Shown here: positions 55,733 through 64,000 of the stretch, piece by piece | Numbering within the stretch: the first letter of the stretch is position 1 | Layout of the letters: each line of letters opens with the position of its first letter | Source of the DNA: Pseudomonadota bacterium | GTDB taxonomy: Bacteria > Pseudomonadota > Gammaproteobacteria > Pseudomonadales > JAUIET01 | Assembly: GCA_039111475.1 (NCBI GenBank) | Contig: JBCCIP010000010.1 | Span: forward strand, 62,677 to 126,676 | Reading direction: 5' to 3' | DNA: 64,000 nucleotides | Made by a program: the position numbers and the translations under genes | Notes under the pieces: model-generated | Databases searched by the model: none | Told to the model about the DNA's origin: nothing | What the model saw: the letters and a program-made list of their open reading frames with translations, nothing else

Positions 55733-57643
55733 ATGGCTGATTTATCGATTTTGATGCCGATTCTCGTATGGATAGGCGTGGCATTCGTAACATTGCTTGG
55801 TCTGGCGGGTTTGTTCAAAGCGTTTTACTACAAAGTAGAGCAGGGCACCGCGCTTATCGTCAATGACATGAGCTCAACACCCAAGGTCCATTTTACCGGC
55901 GCTCTGGTGTATCCAATCATCTACAAAAAGGAGCTGATGAAAATCTCCTTGATAACCCTGGAGGTTGATCGCAGGGCTAAAGACGGCCTGATTTGTAATG
56001 ACAATATGCGTGCAGACATAACGGTAGCGTTTTATTTGCGGGTTAATGAAACCGCTCAAGACGTGCTAAAGGTTGCAAAGTCGATAGGTGCTGAACGAGC
56101 TTCTGATCGTGAAGCAGTTCATGACTTGTTTGCCGCCAAGTTTTCTGAAGCACTGAAAACCGTGGGCAAGCAGATTGACTTTGTACAGTTGTTTGAGAAT
56201 CGCCAGCAATTTCGTGAAAAAATCATCGAAGTTATTGGCGAAGATTTGAATGGTTATGTACTGGAAGATGTTGCAATCGACTATCTGGAACAAACTCCAA
56301 AAGAACATTTGGACCCAAGTAATATTCTCGACTCAGAAGGCATAAAGAAGATTACGGAGTTAACCGCTGAGCAGAACGTTCGAACCAATATCCTTGAACG
56401 GGACGAAGAACTTGCGATCAAGAAGAAAAATGTAGAAACAGTGGAAGCAATGCTAGAGCTTGAACGCCAGCAAGCAGATGCCGAAGCGCGACAAGAAAGA
56501 GAAGTGCTGACCATACGCGCTCGTGAAGAAGCAGAAACGAAAAAAGTGCAGGAAGAGGAGCGTCAAAAAGCTGAGCAGGCGACGATTACTGTAGATCAGG
56601 AGCTGATGGTACAAACAGAAAACCAGAAGCGCGAAGTAGAGGTAGCGGAGCAAAACCGTCAGCGCGCTGTTGCGGTAGAAGAAGAAAAGGTCACACGTGC
56701 TCGTGACCTGGAGATAGTATCCAGGGAAAGAGAAGTTGACGTAGAGCGCGTGCTTGCAGAGAAAGCCGTGGAAGTTGAGAAGAAAGAAATCGCCAACGTA
56801 ATTCGTGAGCGAGTCGCCGTCGATAAAACAGTGGCCATTGAGGAAGAGCGAATTAAGGAAGTGAGAGAAGTATCAGATGCTGACCGTAAGAAGCAAGTGC
56901 AGGTACTCGCTGCTGAGGCAAATGCTCAGGAAGGCAAGGTGAAAGAGGTCACAGCTGCGGCCGCTGAAGAAGAAGCTGCGAAACACAAAGCAGCTGAAAT
57001 CACTACAATTGCGGCGGCAAACCTTGATGCTGCTGATATGGAAGCCAAAGCACAAATCCGCTTGGCCGAAGCCATTCAGGCTGACCAAGCGGCACCGGGT
57101 CTTGCGGAAGCTCAGGTACAAGATGCGAAAGCAGACTCTTTGCAGAAAGAAGGTCTTGCTGAAGCTGCTGTGATCAATGCCAAAGGCGACGCCGAAGCCA
57201 GTGCCTCGAAAGAAATTGGAATGGCCGGAGCGGAAGTCACTCGCCAGCAATTCAAGGCTGAGGCCGATGGCTTGGTGGATAAGTTCGATGCTATGAATTC
57301 AATGAGTGATAATGCCCGCGAGCATGAGGAATTCCGCATGGCGCTTGAAACAGCCTTTAAGGAAGCCATTGCCGCGATTGAAGCAGGTAAGGAAATCGCC
57401 AAAGAAAACGCTGAAGTGTTGGGTACAGCGCTGGAACGAGCGAAGATCGATATTGTGGGTGGAGAAGATCACTTCTTCGACAACTTCGCCAAGTCTTTGT
57501 CCATTGGCAAAGCCGTGGATGGACTGGCCAACAAGAGCGACACACTTGGCTTGATCCTCGACTCTGTGCTCAAGCGTGCAAGCGGTGACGTGGTTGCTGT
57601 AGACCCGGAGCAAGAAGCGCCCGCCTCCGAGCCGGCCGCCTAA
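55733..57643 (+). CDS. Flotillin / SPFH (band-7) domain protein, YqiK-like.
   Basis: N-terminal TM helix, an SPFH domain (VEQGTALIVNDMSSTPKVHFTGALVYPIIYKKELMKISLITLEV), then a long EA-rich coiled-coil flotillin tail. Confidence 0.85.
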   Translation: MADLSILMPILVWIGVAFVTLLGLAGLFKAFYYKVEQGTALIVNDMSSTPKVHFTGALVYPIIYKKELMKISLITLEVDRRAKDGLICNDNMRADITVAFYLRVNETAQDVLKVAKSIGAERASDREAVHDLFAAKFSEALKTVGKQIDFVQLFENRQQFREKIIEVIGEDLNGYVLEDVAIDYLEQTPKEHLDPSNILDSEGIKKITELTAEQNVRTNILERDEELAIKKKNVETVEAMLELERQQADAEARQEREVLTIRAREEAETKKVQEEERQKAEQATITVDQELMVQTENQKREVEVAEQNRQRAVAVEEEKVTRARDLEIVSREREVDVERVLAEKAVEVEKKEIANVIRERVAVDKTVAIEEERIKEVREVSDADRKKQVQVLAAEANAQEGKVKEVTAAAAEEEAAKHKAAEITTIAAANLDAADMEAKAQIRLAEAIQADQAAPGLAEAQVQDAKADSLQKEGLAEAAVINAKGDAEASASKEIGMAGAEVTRQQFKAEADGLVDKFDAMNSMSDNAREHEEFRMALETAFKEAIAAIEAGKEIAKENAEVLGTALERAKIDIVGGEDHFFDNFAKSLSIGKAVDGLANKSDTLGLILDSVLKRASGDVVAVDPEQEAPASEPAA

Positions 57644-57664
57644 GCCGGCGCGGAGCACAGCTGA

Positions 57665-60600
57665 ATGGCTGAAGAACACGAAGAACACGCATCGCTAGTT
57701 GAGGCTGCTGTAGCCGAAGGAGGCGCTTATGAAATTATTCGCAAGCGCTTGGAGGCACAAGGTCTTACGCTGGAAGAGAAGACGCTCGCCCTGAATGCTG
57801 CGCGTACAGAGGAGATTGGCAGTACCGATCTCGAAACTATTGCGCGAGTGCGGGTGAGAACGGAAAACAATTGCATTGCCAGAGACCTGGTTCAGGTTGG
57901 CGACTGTTTGCTGTTTGGCTACAACGTCTTCATTGGCCTTAAAAAACAGACAAAGGTTGAAGACGTATTTGCGTTATTCAGGCTGTCTGACAAAGAAGAC
58001 GGCCATGGCATAGAACCGGCAGAGCATCAATCAAACTTCCTGACACAGCCGCGTTTTCTCAATGATTTTCGCGAGCTGTATGAATACTACAAAAATGCCC
58101 GCCTGATTCAGCTGACTGTTAACAATGGTAAGTTGCTGGCCGGGTTTCAGATAGGGGAAAAGCACACTGATATTCGTGTATTCCGATGGAGTGTTGGCGC
58201 TGATGGAAGCCGTGTGGAATACATTGATAATCGTGGGGAGCGCGATATTCAATTGCCACCAGCCTTTGATTTTGAATGGCAGGCCAGCAGCAGAGAAGAT
58301 TTTGTGAATGGCCGCCATCCGCACATCAATATTCTGGATACCTTGTTTGTAGACAACCTTGATGGTTCAATCGGCTTTAAAGTAGAAAACAACACAGAAT
58401 CAGGTCTGGGTGTTTTCAGCGAGCCATTGGCAGAAAGCAATCAATCACTCGATGATCTTGACGTATTTTTCGCGAAACTGGGCGATTTGCTGTTACTTCG
58501 CGTGCTTCCGTACCGCGAGGAAGACTGGCGCCATTATGTGTTCAATAGTAATACGCAACTTATTGAGCGAATAGATTCGATTGGCGAGTCTTGCGTTCAA
58601 TTGCCGGAGGATCACGGTTTAATCTACCCCGACGGTTACTATCTGCAAAGCGGTGAGTCAAAGAACTTTGGTGAAATGACCAAAGGCTTTAAGTTCAAGC
58701 GCAGTGTGCGCTCACCCAATGGCGAAGACTACCTGTTTGTGTTCTATGAACCGGCTGCCGGCCGCGTAGCCTTGTTTTCTTACAATCTGATCGAACGGAG
58801 TTTGCAAAACCCTATTTTTGGAAACGGTTATGCAAGAGCTGAAAATGGCAAACTGGTGATTTTTACCTCCGAGGATGAGCCTACCCGTGTTCACCCCATG
58901 CAAGTCTGGCAAACGCCATTCACATCACAGGAATTTGCAGACCAGGAACCAGCGGCACAGACCTTCTTCGGTAAGATAGGCAACTCCGCGCTGGTTCGTG
59001 GGGTATCAGATTTGTATCGAGTGTGTAAGCAAATCCGCCAGCAGCAAGTAACAGCTGTGCATTACGAACGCCTTCAAAAAGACATTGCCAAGGTCTTTGA
59101 TGCTCATTACTGGTTGACCAGCGACGAGCTGGATGGCTTGGACACGGTACTTAAAAGTATCGCTGATACCTCCGAACTTATTATCGATGAATTCGAGAAA
59201 GTGACAGCGATACGGGAACAATCAAGCCTGGCTATTGAGGATGCTGTGCGTAGCCAGGGCAACTTGATTGGCGAGATAGACAACGCCAGTCTGGAGCAAG
59301 TCGCTGACTTTGTGAGTTTTCTCGATCAAATTCGCCACCAGCGTGGACATCTAGCCACAATTGCTGAATATCGATACATTGATGCTGAGCGAATTGCCAC
59401 TCTGGATCAAGCGCTTAAACAGAGAGCGGACGAATTAGGTAAGAAGACTATTGAGTTCCTCGCTGAAGAGCAAGCACTAGTACCTTACACCGAGAAAATA
59501 AAGGCGTTGGAACAGCAGCTGGATGGCGCCAAAACAGCAACTCAATTTGAGCCCTTTATTAATGAAATAGAATCAATAGCGGGCAGTCTTGATCTACTGT
59601 CCGAATTGGTTACCACGCTTAAAGTTGACGATGCAACGGTTCGAACGAAAATCATTGATGGAATATCAGCCGTTTATGCGCAGCTTAACCAAACGAAGGC
59701 AAGCGCCGAGATTAAAAAATCTGACCTAACGTCAGAAGAGGCTGTTGCCCAGTTTGCGGCGCAATTCAAATTACTTTCCCAGAGTGTTAATAATGCGCTC
59801 AGTCTTGCGACTGACCCGGAAAAGTGCGACGAACAGCTGTCGCGGCTGCTGGTTCAGCTTGAAGAACTGGAAAGTCAGTTTGGCGAGCACGACCGCTTCC
59901 TTGGTGACATTGTAGACAAGCGGGAAGAAATCTATGACAGCTTTGAATCGCATAAGCAACAACTGGTAGAAGGCCAGCAAAGGCGCATTGCTGCCTTACA
60001 AAGCGCTGCCGAGCGCATGCTAAACAGCATTGATAAGCGAAGTATCAAGTTCAATGACGCAGATGAACTTAATACCTACCTGGTGTCAGATGCACTGGTG
60101 CTAAAGATCAGCGACCTCACCGATCAACTCAGTGCAATTGGTGGGGATTTGCAAGCAGATGATATTGGCGCACGCCTGAAACTCATCAAAGATCAGGCCT
60201 TGCGTTCTCTGCGAGATAAGTCTGATATTTTTGAATCTGGCGGCAAGGTTATCAAGCTGGGTGACAAGCACAGGTTTACTGTGAATACGGAAGAGCTTGA
60301 CCTAAGCATTATTCCGATTGATGAGCATTTGTCTGTGCATCTAAGTGGTACACAGTATTTTGACAAAATTGAAAACGATGATCTTGAAATACGACGACCC
60401 TATTGGGATGTTGTTCTTGAGTCTGAAAGCAACACCGTTTCCCGGGCAGAGTATCTCGCGTACCAGTTTGCGCTCGCGCTGAGAGCGGGCGATATAGCAA
60501 CTGATGAGCTAGGCAAAGAGCCGTACAGTCATGAGCAGCTGTATCCACTAATTCAAAAGTTTGCGGCACCACTCTATAAGCACGCTTACGAGAAAGGCAT

Positions 60601-62884
60601 ACACGACCATGATGCAGCTCGAATTACCGAGAACTTGCTGCCGATTCTAAAGACGGCTGGCCCGCTGGTGTACTCACCTGAGAGCCGCGCGCTCGCGATG
60701 TCGTTCTGGTACCAGCAAGCGCAGGTTGATACCGATGGGAAGCTCATCGACGTAATCACTCAGAGAGCAAAGTCAGCGTTCGCGCTGAAGAAAGCGCTTA
60801 ACAGCAATAATAGTCTGGACATTTTAATCGCTGATGTCTTGGAACTGATTTCGGAGTATCAACAAGATAAAGGCATAGATGTATCCAGCCAGACGATGAG
60901 TCAAGCTGCCAGCTACCTACTGGCGGAGTTGGAAGAAGGCAAGCCGGAATTCTCAGTGAGCCCCGCAGGGCAAGAGTTGCTGGATCTGTACCATCGCAAG
61001 CTTGGCAAGCGAGCGGTTCAGGGTCATACGAAGTCTATTGCCGGCATGCGGGGCGATCCAATGAGGCAATGGTCACTGAGCCGCGCCTGGTTGCTGGCCC
61101 TTCTGGATGAAATTAAAGACGAGAGCAAGCGAGCGGTGCTAAACGTGTTCGTTGACGAAGCTGTTGCAGTGTTGAATTGGGGCGAAGGTATCGATACTCG
61201 TTGCAGCAACGCGGAGCTGCGCATGTCTGTGGATGGCTTGCTGAGTTCGCATGAGAGAATCTCAGATCAGCGACTGAATTTTACGCTGGATGATTTCATG
61301 CATCGAATGCTACACCATCAGGAAATCTTTATTCCAGAGTACAAACATTTCATTGAACTCAAGCAGCAGATCGCGGCCCAGCAGCGTTCGGATCTTCGCC
61401 TGGAATCCTTCAAGCCAAGACCGCTTAGCTCATTCGTTCGAAACAAACTAATAGATCAGGCCTATCTTCCTATTATCGGCGACAATCTTGCCAAGCAAAT
61501 GGGGACTGTGGGTGACAGCAAGCGTACCGACTTGATGGGTTTACTGATGATGATTTCCCCACCGGGTTATGGCAAAACCACTTTGATGGAGTATGTTGCC
61601 AGTCGACTAGGCTTAATCTTCATGAAAATTAACTGCCCGGCATTGGGGCACGATGTGGTTTCAGTTGATCCGCAACAGGCAAGTAATGCCACTGCACGAC
61701 AGGAACTCGAGAAGCTCAATTTGGCATTTGAGATGGGCAACAACGTGATGCTATATCTGGACGATATCCAGCACACGAATTCCGAGTTTCTGCAAAAATT
61801 TATTTCACTGTGTGATGCGACGCGCCGGATAGAGGGTGTGTGGCGGGGTGATGTAAAGACCTATGACTTACGCGGCAGGCGATTCTGCGTAGTGATGGCT
61901 GGTAACCCGTATACGGAATCTGGTGAGAGCTTCAAAGTGCCAGACATGCTGGCCAATCGTGCCGATATTTACAATTTGGGTGACATACTCAGTGGCATGG
62001 ATGAGGTATTTGCGCTCAGCTACATAGAGAATTGCCTGACGTCCAATTCAACGCTCGCACCGTTAGCGGCCAGAGATATGCAAGATGTATATCGCTTTAT
62101 TGATATGGCCAAAGGGCGTGAAGTGCCGACTACTGACTTGAGTCATAGCTACAGTGGCGCTGAAGTTTCCGAGATTGTGGGTGTTTTGAAAAAGCTGTTT
62201 GTCGTGCAGAACGTTATTCTGCGAATCAATCAGCAATACATTGCATCCGCAGCACAGGAAGATAAGTACAGAGTTGAGCCGCCTTTTTTACTGCAAGGCA
62301 GTTATCGAAACATGAATAAAATGGCTGAAAAAATCTCGGCTGTTATGAATAGCGAAGAACTTGAGCGGCTCATCGATGATCACTATCTAGGCGAAGCTCA
62401 GTTGCTCACAACGGGTACAGAAGCTAATCTGCTCAAACTCGCTGAATTGAGAGGCGGTCTGGATGACGAGCAGGAACAGCGTTGGCAGCAGATAAAAGAC
62501 GATTTCTTGCGCAATAAATCGCTGGGTGGTGATGCAGATGACGTAGGTAATCGAATAGCGACACAACTGGCAGACCTGGTCAACAGCGTCAGTGATCTTG
62601 ATCGGGGACAAGCTGAGCATGATTCAAACTATCTTGCGAAGCTTGCGGCCAGTGCTGAAAAAATTGCTGAAGGACACCCCAGACAGGAACCAAATATAGA
62701 AGTGGTAAACCAGGCCAACCCGGAATTGGCTAATGCAGTGGGTGTACTGACCAACACGATTGAGAGCACTTTGTTCCCAATTCTTCGATCAATGGACAAG
62801 AAATTGGATATTGATTTAAGAACGCAGGAAAAGATGCACGCTATCTCAGAGCAATTGCGCGCGCTTCAAAAAAGCGTCGAGTAA
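57665..62884 (+). CDS. Giant (1739 aa) cytoplasmic protein with a C-terminal MoxR/AAA_5-type AAA+ ATPase module. The N-terminal 1300 aa or so are unassigned.
   Basis: Walker A PPGYGKTT (around 61559-61582), Walker B MLYLDDIQH (around 61748-61771), and a sensor/Arg region VVMAGNPYTESGESFKVPDMLANRADIY that matches the MoxR pattern NPxExxG...DRF. Long helical or coiled-coil segments upstream. No signal peptide or TM segment. Starts 21 nt after the flotillin gene. Confidence 0.8.
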   Translation: MAEEHEEHASLVEAAVAEGGAYEIIRKRLEAQGLTLEEKTLALNAARTEEIGSTDLETIARVRVRTENNCIARDLVQVGDCLLFGYNVFIGLKKQTKVEDVFALFRLSDKEDGHGIEPAEHQSNFLTQPRFLNDFRELYEYYKNARLIQLTVNNGKLLAGFQIGEKHTDIRVFRWSVGADGSRVEYIDNRGERDIQLPPAFDFEWQASSREDFVNGRHPHINILDTLFVDNLDGSIGFKVENNTESGLGVFSEPLAESNQSLDDLDVFFAKLGDLLLLRVLPYREEDWRHYVFNSNTQLIERIDSIGESCVQLPEDHGLIYPDGYYLQSGESKNFGEMTKGFKFKRSVRSPNGEDYLFVFYEPAAGRVALFSYNLIERSLQNPIFGNGYARAENGKLVIFTSEDEPTRVHPMQVWQTPFTSQEFADQEPAAQTFFGKIGNSALVRGVSDLYRVCKQIRQQQVTAVHYERLQKDIAKVFDAHYWLTSDELDGLDTVLKSIADTSELIIDEFEKVTAIREQSSLAIEDAVRSQGNLIGEIDNASLEQVADFVSFLDQIRHQRGHLATIAEYRYIDAERIATLDQALKQRADELGKKTIEFLAEEQALVPYTEKIKALEQQLDGAKTATQFEPFINEIESIAGSLDLLSELVTTLKVDDATVRTKIIDGISAVYAQLNQTKASAEIKKSDLTSEEAVAQFAAQFKLLSQSVNNALSLATDPEKCDEQLSRLLVQLEELESQFGEHDRFLGDIVDKREEIYDSFESHKQQLVEGQQRRIAALQSAAERMLNSIDKRSIKFNDADELNTYLVSDALVLKISDLTDQLSAIGGDLQADDIGARLKLIKDQALRSLRDKSDIFESGGKVIKLGDKHRFTVNTEELDLSIIPIDEHLSVHLSGTQYFDKIENDDLEIRRPYWDVVLESESNTVSRAEYLAYQFALALRAGDIATDELGKEPYSHEQLYPLIQKFAAPLYKHAYEKGIHDHDAARITENLLPILKTAGPLVYSPESRALAMSFWYQQAQVDTDGKLIDVITQRAKSAFALKKALNSNNSLDILIADVLELISEYQQDKGIDVSSQTMSQAASYLLAELEEGKPEFSVSPAGQELLDLYHRKLGKRAVQGHTKSIAGMRGDPMRQWSLSRAWLLALLDEIKDESKRAVLNVFVDEAVAVLNWGEGIDTRCSNAELRMSVDGLLSSHERISDQRLNFTLDDFMHRMLHHQEIFIPEYKHFIELKQQIAAQQRSDLRLESFKPRPLSSFVRNKLIDQAYLPIIGDNLAKQMGTVGDSKRTDLMGLLMMISPPGYGKTTLMEYVASRLGLIFMKINCPALGHDVVSVDPQQASNATARQELEKLNLAFEMGNNVMLYLDDIQHTNSEFLQKFISLCDATRRIEGVWRGDVKTYDLRGRRFCVVMAGNPYTESGESFKVPDMLANRADIYNLGDILSGMDEVFALSYIENCLTSNSTLAPLAARDMQDVYRFIDMAKGREVPTTDLSHSYSGAEVSEIVGVLKKLFVVQNVILRINQQYIASAAQEDKYRVEPPFLLQGSYRNMNKMAEKISAVMNSEELERLIDDHYLGEAQLLTTGTEANLLKLAELRGGLDDEQEQRWQQIKDDFLRNKSLGGDADDVGNRIATQLADLVNSVSDLDRGQAEHDSNYLAKLAASAEKIAEGHPRQEPNIEVVNQANPELANAVGVLTNTIESTLFPILRSMDKKLDIDLRTQEKMHAISEQLRALQKSVE

Positions 62885-64000
62885 TCAAGCCAATGCAAAA
62901 ACGGTAGCCGTCCAAAGCAACGCTGCCATACCTGCGGCAAAACTTGCCGGTACGATCTGTGTTTTCACGTGATCTGTTAAATCGCAGCCTGTGGTCATTG
63001 CGCTAAGTATCGTTGTATCGGATATTGGGGAGCATTGATCACCGTAAACGCTGCCATTGAGAACCGTCGCAAAACAAACACCCATATACAGCTCTGGATT
63101 CGATAAGCCTTGCGAATGTGCGACAGCCCATGCGAGTGGCATCGCGAGTGGAAAGGCTATTGCATAAGTGCCCCAACTGGTGCCCGTCGAAAAAGCCGTG
63201 ACCATGGTTATTAGCAGCAGGCAGGCCGGCAGAATCCAGTAGGGTATTGTTTGTCCGAGCAGTTCTACCAAATACAGACCGCCTCCTGCTTCCTTGCTAA
63301 CCGAGCCAACCGTAATCGCGAGCATAAGTATTACTGAGGCAACTACCACGCCTTTTAGCCCATCTCCGAAACCTTCCATAAGATCGGAAAGGCTCATTCC
63401 TTTTATCAAAGCAACACCGGCTGAAGCAAGTAAGGCAGCACCAAATGCCCAGTTGACCCGCGGTGTGCCAGTGACTACAAAAGTGCCTACGGCAAGCCCT
63501 AGAATAAGTAGTAGTGGCAGAAAGAATTCGAATACCTGTGGTGAGTAATAGTCCGGAACGCGATTTAGTTCAAGTTCCTTGGCGCTTAGTGGTCTGGCAC
63601 CTGGCGCATCTAACTGACCCGTTTCCTGCGCGCGTTGCATGGCATTTCGAATACCGCGGCCGCTGAATCGAGTGATCCCCAGACTGACCAGAAGTGTGCC
63701 AAGCACTGCAAAAATACTGTAATAACTGAATACTACGCTGCTGAAAAAGAAGGCAATTCGATCGGTCTCAGTAGCCAGAAAAGCAACGCCAGGTACAAAA
63801 ATTAGTGCCTGTATGTAGGCTGGCCATGCATTGAATGCCAGTAGAGAGGCAATGGGCGACGCCGTTGAATCTACGATGTAACTCATTTCCTTGCAATTTG
63901 TAGGCACGTCGCTTTCCTGAAGCCCGAAGCTTTTGCATAGTACGTTGGCGAGGGTTCGATCAGCAAACCAGTCCAGCCGCGCATCATCTCGAAAAACAGG
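62885..64000 (-). CDS. NhaC family Na+/H+ antiporter. 5'-partial: the reading frame stays open to the window edge.
   Basis: Polytopic membrane protein with the NhaC-like stretch [20 protein letters not shown]. The frame continues without a stop beyond 63907 to position 64000. Confidence 0.7.
   Translation of the reverse strand, partial: PVFRDDARLDWFADRTLANVLCKSFGLQESDVPTNCKEMSYIVDSTASPIASLLAFNAWPAYIQALIFVPGVAFLATETDRIAFFFSSVVFSYYSIFAVLGTLLVSLGITRFSGRGIRNAMQRAQETGQLDAPGARPLSAKELELNRVPDYYSPQVFEFFLPLLLILGLAVGTFVVTGTPRVNWAFGAALLASAGVALIKGMSLSDLMEGFGDGLKGVVVASVILMLAITVGSVSKEAGGGLYLVELLGQTIPYWILPACLLLITMVTAFSTGTSWGTYAIAFPLAMPLAWAVAHSQGLSNPELYMGVCFATVLNGSVYGDQCSPISDTTILSAMTTGCDLTDHVKTQIVPASFAAGMAALLWTATVFALA

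Noticed and set aside
56873-58324. Numerous antisense or alternative-frame ORFs inside the flotillin and giant ATPase genes (for example 56873-57250 and 58031-58324).
   Set aside because: They are shadow ORFs typical of long GC-balanced genes rich in Glu, Ala and Lys. They have no independent signals and are fully embedded in strongly supported genes.
1-64000. Mobile-element or genomic-island boundaries, CRISPR arrays, and integrase or transposase genes.
   Set aside because: There are no transposase or integrase-like ORFs, no direct-repeat/spacer arrays, and no tRNA-adjacent attachment sites. Composition is uniform across the window.

Overview
This 64-kb window is a gene-dense chromosomal segment (about 50% GC) that looks like a marine or aquatic gammaproteobacterium; that guess rests on two TonB-dependent receptors, many catabolic enzymes, TetR/LysR regulators and ABC/SSS transporters. 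I count about 50 protein-coding genes. I found no rRNA, tRNA or CRISPR arrays, and no transposase or integrase genes. From 5' to 3' the content is: (1) a neutral-lipid/wax-ester locus with an SDR, a WS/DGAT acyltransferase, a class-C-like serine hydrolase, an SDR, a fatty-acid hydroxylase-family membrane protein, a PON-like arylesterase and a TetR; (2) a secreted type-B carboxylesterase and a VOC lipoprotein under a second TetR; (3) a TonB-dependent receptor followed by an NAD-epimerase, a PhyH-type dioxygenase and a VOC protein; (4) a five-gene Dpp/Opp-like ABC peptide transporter; (5) a LysR-controlled module of TonB-dependent receptor, Gfo/Idh/MocA dehydrogenase, SSS symporter, aldo-keto reductase and TauD-like dioxygenase; (6) a LysR-controlled module with a DapA-family lyase, an aldehyde dehydrogenase, a DAO-family FAD oxidase, two SDRs and a non-pyrrolysine MttB-family methyltransferase, which I read as a candidate N-methylated amino acid or betaine catabolic module; (7) a BlaI-family repressor, a BlaR1-like M56 peptidase fused to a TonB C-terminal domain, TonB and ExbD, with no ExbB; (8) a carotenoid-cleavage oxygenase, a GT4 glycosyltransferase broken by an in-frame amber codon, a small Rieske oxygenase and a Tat-exported two-subunit molybdo-hydroxylase. 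The most unusual region is a five-gene operon at 53.5-62.9 kb: a YjfI-like protein, a PspA/IM30 (ESCRT-III superfamily) homolog, a YqiJ/NfeD-like membrane protein, a flotillin/SPFH protein, and a 1739-aa cytoplasmic protein carrying a MoxR/AAA_5-type ATPase module. It is preceded by an AT-rich control region with palindromes and phased repeats. I regard this operon as a candidate for an undescribed membrane-remodelling or stress system.
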